A stretch of DNA of 45,235 bases, counting the filler, from Catajapyx aquilonaris (Eukaryota): assembly GCA_000934665.2 (NCBI GenBank). It is 2 parts of 2 records of this genome, joined end to end, with 100 filler letters (N's around TTAATTAATTAA, not from the genome) between each part and the next. Parts side by side here need not be neighbours in the genome. Positions count along the whole stretch, not along the records: positions 22,783 to 45,235 come from JYFJ02005880.1; 1 more part is not named here. One strand, 5' to 3'. The position numbers were made by a program, and so were the translations under genes. Of this stretch, positions 38,066 through 45,235 are shown in pieces; the stretch's first letter is position 1, and every line of letters begins with the position of its first letter. Below the pieces are notes generated by a model that saw nothing but the letters and a program-made list of their open reading frames with translations, was not told the origin of the DNA and made no database searches.

Positions 38066-41000
38066 TGTTCCAGACGCACTAATCGCGGAAGTTCAGTTAT
38101 GTATGTAGCCTAATGACTTTGTAATGTACAGTATATTGCAGTACAACCAGAGTGCTGTGGCTTGTTAAATAGTCATCTATCATATTCTCCTTGCAGCTTG
38201 TGATGGCGAATACATTAATGTATCACTTTATAATCTCATTCCGAAAATCATATTAGAGGGGTTTTGTCGAGGCATGTTAAGGCGTTGCAATGACACCAGT
38301 GGGAGTACTCTGTAGCTCATGTGTGCAATATTTGACATACACACAGACTCATATATTATACCTGCATTAGGTGAAGCTGTATTGATTAGAGAGAAATAGC
38401 TTGCAGGGCTCATTAAGTCTATAAGGGTAATGTACATGCCTATCATTAGGCAGTGATGGGAATGCATGGGAACTATTGAAGAGAAAACGTTTGCTTGGAT
38501 CATAAATGGTCGAATTCCTCTGCCCCAGGCAAAATAAGCAAATAATAAAAATGCGTTACATTTGGGAAATAACAGGGGCATTGTATTTACTTCGACTGGG
38601 GAAGCCTAATTAGGAGTATAATATTATTAACTAGTGAGCTAAATTGTCAGTCATTAGCATGTAGGGAATAATTTTAAAAACTCATTGGGGTAACAGTGAT
38701 AAACAAAATGACTAATTTTTGTATATCTAAACCTACTTTTTGTATCAACATGTAAGCTTATTTTGTAGCCTACTCTGTGCATGAAAAGCTCGCACTTGTA
38801 AGCGCTGATATCATACACCTTAGGCCACTTGTTTACTAGTGTCTGTCGTGACATAATACACTGCAGTTGTTGTATATGCCGGAAACGGAACATTCCAATG
38901 ATTAACTGACAGCTACTCCTTACTAATAAATATGCAGTCATGAAGCCTAATTACTTAGAACAATCACAACCATTTTTAAAAAGCAGAACCTTGCTTCTGG
39001 CCACGTCCAAAAGGTGGACCCTTCCTCCCCACGACCGGAACCCCAACTCACCTAAAGAGTCGTCCATCATGCCCAACAAAGGCAAGCATAATGAGCAGCT
39101 CTTCTGCCCCTGGCATGGAGATGGCCATGTTGATAGTTACCGTATGTCACGAGCCACTCTGGCTGCTATTGGTCTGAGAATGTCATATTGCGAATTGTGT
39201 TCAGGACATATGCTGTGTACGTATAGATCATGAGGATCATGGGTATGTTTCCTACGTCCAAATGCATGGGAAGAACGTGAGTGTGCATGAATCGGTGGAT
39301 GTGCGTGCAGAGCAGTGTAAGCCATACGTTATACGTAGCCTCCCACACCCCCTTAGTGCTGCCCATGGCGCTTTTGGAGGCGTCATGTGTTGCTGGCAGC
39401 TTGAAGGTTTCGCCGGCACGCGGTGGGTGGGGGTAGGGGGATGGATAGCCCATCCCCCATGCTGCGGATCGATCCCCCACCCATCATAATTACAGACCCC
39501 GGATTCTCTACCTATAGTCAGAAAACTGGGGGGAGTGGGGGGGGGGGGNGGGGAGAGATTCCGTATATTATACGGAGGTGTATGTGTGTGTCGGGCCAAC
39601 TTCCGGTGCGTGGATTGGGTCCGCCATGTTTGAGCGCCGCATCCACTTTCCGGGTGGTAATCCCGTTATGGCGATGGGGCGGGGGAGGCTGCGGTATGCT
39701 AAATAAACGGTGACGTCACATTCATACTTTGTGTACTTCCCAGACGCAAAATCGATGTTAGGTTCTCCCCCGGCTCACGCAGAATCGCAGCCATCTTTGA
39801 TCCCACGCTTGTGACAGTTCCGGCTGCACCAACCTGTTTTTGTAGGTTCCTGCTGAGGGTGGGTTCAAAGTGCTGGAATTTTGGAGAAGGTTGGGCTCTG
39901 CTTGGACCTGAAAATAATGTCCAGAGTGCCAACTTACCGAATAAGTCCAAATTGAACAATTGCTACAAATTGTATGTAAAAAGTGCGTTGTAATGTTCGT
40001 CTTTCGTACACCACCAATAAAAGAGTCATGGTACAGGCTTTCTCCGCTGGGCTACTGGTGCTGGGTAACGATTTTCTGGACCATTTCCCAATCCTGCCGG
40101 TCATTAGCCTGTGTATGATTTTGTGGAGAAAAAGGTACCGATTGGGGAGGAAATGGAAAGGAAGGGAACAGGCCGTGGCTAACTCGGGTTACCTGAAAGA
40201 CAAGTCGCCCGTTGCCTTGCCAACCAGACCATTCCTACCTGATGGATCAGGTCCGGCCATTATTTTTGGGTGATTGTGTTAGAATCTCAGAGTCCTCTCT
40301 AGGTAGAGCTCATATCCGTATCCTGGCTGGATTATAATCATATCCAGCAGCTTTCCTGTCGAGAGAGATGTGCTTCGAGTGACTCTTAGAATTAAAGGGA
40401 ATTTCGTTATTGGGCTGTATATTCAGCTGATAACGTCCAGCGAGGGACTGCAGTGTATTTGGCTGGATATAGTAGTTTCAAGGGACAAAATTAACGATTC
40501 GGATGGAAAGAGAGGATTCAAGCTATGTATCAGTTTTCTGAGTGATATTTTATGCTACTGTGCTGGGCAGTGTTTCCCTATTTCCCAGCGTTGCGTTTCA
40601 AAAGGTAGTGGAAATTCAAACAACTTTTTTGTTACCTTTGTGAGCCATATGTTTGTGATACGCTTGTCTGGTTGGCAACTGCACGTTTTCGCATAGCCTA
40701 CAGGGTGTTTCGACAAAGCGGCCCGGTTACTAATTTTGTGAATGGCGAATGAGCTTATGCGTAGAGGATTTTTACAGCATGCGGGTATGGGACGTCTCTC
40801 GCTTGCTGGTTTAGGTGTATTATTTATCGGCATACGTGTGTGTGAGAGAGAGTGTGACCAAGGAGGAAGCAGCCACCTGTAACGCCACACTTCTCACCAG
40901 AATGCACTCGACCTGCTCCGCGCAATAGTCGTGTACCGCACACCGGCTATTTATTGCTGGTCAGACGTAGCGATTGTATAGCGGAACCTTCGTCGTGTTG

Positions 41001-43686
41001 GAGACCCAGCGGTCCTTTCCCCAGGCCAAAACCACCGAGTGACGTCACCCACTTTTTTTCCCATTGCTTTTGAACTTTCTCCGGGTGCATGCATGCAGTG
41101 CCTGGGTGTTGCTTCCGGAAGTGCACAGCTCTTCGGGTGGGGGGAGAATCAGCAGTCCGGGGAACTCTGGATAAATTACGAGCCGGAGCCCTCCCTCGAT
41201 CGGCAGGCAAAGCCAGGGGTTTGGATCGATCCATTCGCAATCCCTTTTCCTCTTCCTTTCTTCCCCCTTGCTGGCTGGCTGTTGCCCTCAACACATCTTT
41301 GCCTAGCGTGGAATCCAATATGTGGGGAAAAAGCCCATAGGCAGTTTTTGACCCAACTTGGCAACAGTTGGAGATTGTCTTCTGCCTACATGGCCTGCTT
41401 CGTGCGGTAAAGATTGGCCTGACTGTGTGTGGGGGTGTAGTCGACGATTGCCCCGGCGGAGAAGTATGGAGCTTGAATGTTCTGGTTGTCACCTAATCGT
41501 ATTATGAGGCACTCAGGAAAGGCCCCGAGATGCATGAGAAACAAGGAGAAAACGCCGCAAGAAGTTTGGGGGCTGCAATGTAATTATGCCGAATGGTTCA
41601 GGCCCAGGCCAAATGCTGTTGCCTCGGTTTCGAGGATTTATTTTTCAGTTTTTGTGGGAGGAGATATTGCTTCGGGGCGTGCACATTGTAAACAGAATTG
41701 TGAATAATATAATGGATTCGAAATAACGGAGGGACTGGACCTTGCGGGGCTGGCAGCTGTTGGCAGGCTGCACACTTGGTTTCGAGGATCAGGGCCCTGG
41801 TGGTGATGGAATGAGTTTGAAGGGAGAAAAAGGATATGAAGAACTTGTTTTCAAGGGCTTTGCTGCGTAGGCTATAATATTCTGTCGTCAGCAGGACGCA
41901 TGGCATGAGACTCGCGACTATAGATAACCAGAAAGGCGTCTTCTAGACTAGAGAGAGTCATAGAATACTATTTTCTGCAGCGTGCGGTGTTGCTGGTAGG
42001 TGCTACAGTATATACATTTTCCAAAGAAATCAGCTCATTTGAATGTGACTACCGGTACTCCGTACATTCTTGCACAATGGTTGTTTGGTTCTCACTGCTA
42101 GAAATGTATACACAGGCCATAGTTCAGCCTAAGTATAACCAAGAGGGGTCACCGGTGCATTATTTTGCATATTGACGTTTTATTTTAAATAGGTATTCCA
42201 CTTCAGCTACGCATTTCAGAGCTCTCCCCTTATCCGTCTGAGTAAACTTCAGTTTGCATCGATTTGCTTGTTGGCTATCCGTAACTTGTGTTTGCTTTTA
42301 GGAAGCGAAATTTGCCAAGCTATGAAAGAACACTCTTGTTCATACTGAAGAATTGGCTTCAGAGTTGGCATTAACGACTATACCTGGTATTAATAAGGAC
42401 AGAAGTTACTAGGATCCAAAGCGCCTATTTGCAGTTTTTTAAACCGGCTGTGCATGTGATAGCTGCATTCAAGTAGTGTCCTATCATGTAATTTAGAATT
42501 ACGTACCATTATCAATATGCACATTTTCCAAGACGTAAAAGTATGATACCGAGGCGTGTAAGCTGCTGTTAGTAATCTCATATATACTACAGTATGCAGC
42601 TCATTTAAAATTATGAGGAAATATCCATTTTAATATGTTAATAATAACGTAAGCACAAAATTTTCAGACGGCATTGTAAAGTACCACGTCATATGCTGAT
42701 GGCGTGAGGACAGCTGATCCAGTGATCAACTCAACTGACGGATGAAAATATCAGGCTGCGCTAAGTAACCTGTCGTGTACTACGACACATCTCCGCTGGC
42801 ATATCAACATCCTTTCCGTTCCGAAACATGCTGATTCTAGTCATACAGAACGCTGCCAGTTGCGGATCGACTTTTACTTTCCTCTGGAATGATGTACGAT
42901 CGTGATGCACTTTTAAGTTGTGCCCCAGCAAATTGTGGTACATAAGACTCGTTGCTATTAACAGGCCTATTTCATAGGAAGTCGTTATTTCAGGACTGAA
43001 ATAGTAGGCCTACTGCGAAGATGGTCCTACCTGATTACCCCGCCACAACGTGGCGAGTTGAGCAACGTGCAGTATATTATAAGGACTACCGGCATCAAGC
43101 CAGACATAAATATAAGTTTACTATACCCCGCAGTATTTCCTGCTGTTTTTTTAGCATCATCGCTGCACTAGAGAGGAGAACACTGAATATAACAGATTTG
43201 AGTTCCGCAATATTTTTGCCCCTTTACTTTTAAAGGCGATGGTTATGCTTTACGGAATTTAATCAAAAAACGATGCAAACACGGAAATATAGACGTTACT
43301 GTGCACTGCAATATTTTACCACAGAGCAATTGCATTGGGGAGGAACACTTGGACCTGAACAGTTACTTTCGTACAGAGTAGTGTTACACGCCTCGAGTCT
43401 CTAGTTCAAAGATTGTGGTATGAAAATATGTTATGGATTGTGTGTCCCCAGCAGCCAATGTAAAGTGAAGCAACAACCAGGGCCATATCAACTTAGAGTG
43501 ATTGTTGCTTCTCAGGTTACTGAAGCAAACAATCCTTTCCCTCATTCCCTTACTGACCTCTTGAGCTGGAAGACTTGGACATTGCGTCAACCAACCTGAA
43601 TGTAGCACTACAGTAATGTTTTTGTTAAATTATTATATTCCTTTGTTTTATACTGCATAGGGCCTAAATTTTCGACATCACTGTCC

Positions 43687-44510
43687 TTGATGCTGTTCAT
43701 ATTCACAATGGACCTTCCGTGTTGGACTAGGGAGTTTTGGATGGCTGACCCTGAGATCATCATTGCGACGGTCAACGCGACATTCTATCGTTCTGATAGG
43801 CCATTAATCACGATAACGTTAAGACCAGCGCTCACATTGTGTTTGCAACCCTATATGGATGTTATGCCCCGGGTCCGTGTGTGTAATATGCAGTAAACAG
43901 CTCATAACTATGGAAAATTAAACTACGCAAGCTTTATTGGAGAGAGATGGCCAGTACAGTTTGGCGGAAACGTGAAAGGCCCTACAATGCTGAACTATCT
44001 CTGAGAACATAAGGTAAACATCAATGCGTGAAATGAAACTTAAGTTGCCATTATTTTGGCATGAGCTAGCCCTTCAAATAAAAATGCTTGGCTGTGTAGG
44101 CGGTGCCTCAGCGTTGATGCCAAACTAATTGCGATCTCGAAGAATGTTATATCGGACACTGCTGATAAGGAAGCCATGTTTAGTCTGCCTCTTAATATTT
44201 GGAAATTATTTATCAGTGTAGCGTAGCCGTGGAGCTAGGCAAGCCAGATAAAACCGGAATGAAGAGCCCACTGTATTCACTACATAATGACATGTTTTTG
44301 GAGGCCTGGAGCTGGCTCAGACGCATGCATGACTATGTCATGTGGGATAGTCCAGTAATGTATGAAATGCAGGGCAGGCTTGACACACTGACAAAGTTAT
44401 GTGAACCCGGAAAAATATGCCTGGACCAGGTAGGGAACATGGAAATGCTCGTGATGCAGGATTGTACAAAAATTCTAGGTGTATTCCCGGTTTTCAAACA
44501 TTGTAGATAA
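43687..44510 (+). pseudogene. Decayed ankyrin-repeat gene
   Basis: 43987-44063 reads MLNYL*EHKVNINA*NET*VAIILA and is preceded in frame by VQFGGNVK. This matches the ankyrin consensus (G-N-x-x-(I/M)-V-x-x-L-L-E-x-G-A-x-(V/I)-N-A-x-N) but has premature stops. Protein-like ORF pieces flank it (43687-43896, 44199-44510). Confidence 0.45.
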
Positions 44511-44649
44511 AATGTGACTGTTGATGAACACAGTAACAATGATGTGCAATAAAATAATGAAAACTCCGCGGTTGTCTACGAAATGAGATAATCTTGATAT
44601 TAGAAGCCTGCTTGCTTTTGGGCGCCGCATTTTTTAACCTGAAAAAAAT

Positions 44650-44721
44650 TTGAGTGTATTTTTCCATGTTCCGAGCTAGGTGTCGTTTTGTGGCTTCTTC
44701 TCCGCACGTGCATTCTACCAT
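44650..44721 (-). pseudogene. CxCG-type zinc-finger-like remnant
   Basis: MVECTCGEEATKRHLARNMEK resembles the C-x-C-G-x(6)-L-x-R-H motif, with the His changed to Asn (CAC>AAC would be a single substitution). Confidence 0.3.
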
Positions 44722-45235
44722 AGAGTTCAGTCTCTCGACTCCCTCAACACCGCTGACCACTTCTCCTTCCTACCTTGCCCGTGGCCAGCCGACTTCCTTT
44801 GTCTTGGCCAGAAGGACCCCCAAAATACCTTTGTGACGAGACCGCACGTCTGCAACCTTGACGCTCCTGGAGGTACAAAACAAGGCAAGCCTCACCAAAA
44901 CACTGCGGATTTTTTGGCAGCCCCCTTTTGCCACCCCCTGTAGGGAAACACCCCATAATCGGCACCAATTCCAGCGTGGCATTGTTGCATGAGGGGCTGT
45001 GTAGGTCACATGGACGCCAAAATTTCTTCTCTTCCAAAAATAGCCCCCCCTAGGTTTCATCCATATCCATCGGATCCCCTAGGGCAGGACTGCTGGTTGC
45101 CACGGCAACGTTGCCTGTTTTCCTGCCCCTTTCATTTCGGAAGGGGGGCGGCATGGCAGAGGGGGGGACCTAGGGAGGATGGTGGGGGAAAGCACTGGGG
45201 GTTAAATGGCTTCGAGAGAGGAGTTGCCACGTTGA

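Overview
This is eukaryotic, almost certainly arthropod, genomic DNA, judged from TTAGG repeats, a takeout/JHBP-like exon, tRNA-derived SINEs and many trinucleotide microsatellites. It is not one contiguous locus. A 100-nt artificial linker (44 N + TTAATTAATTAA + 44 N, 22683-22782) joins two sequences that may be unrelated. The left part (1-22682) is mostly non-coding. It holds long (ATT)n/(ATC)n microsatellites, several MITEs, a candidate cis-regulatory region (RFX X-boxes, nuclear-receptor DR1 sites, E-boxes) and the last coding exon of a minus-strand takeout/JHBP-like gene, which the ORF track misses. The right part (22783-45235) opens with a pile of non-autonomous DNA transposons (CACTA-like, Helentron-like, pogo-like, mariner-like). 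About 18 kb follow that look like densely packed, intronless, heavily decayed genes: ankyrin-like, CxCG zinc-finger-like and nuclease-like remnants plus an apparent paralog family. That stretch may be a relic of a Polinton/Maverick-like element or another endogenous DNA virus, but I could not recognise any hallmark gene. Most ORFs in the supplied track are spurious. All motif counts and alignments were done by eye and no database search was run.
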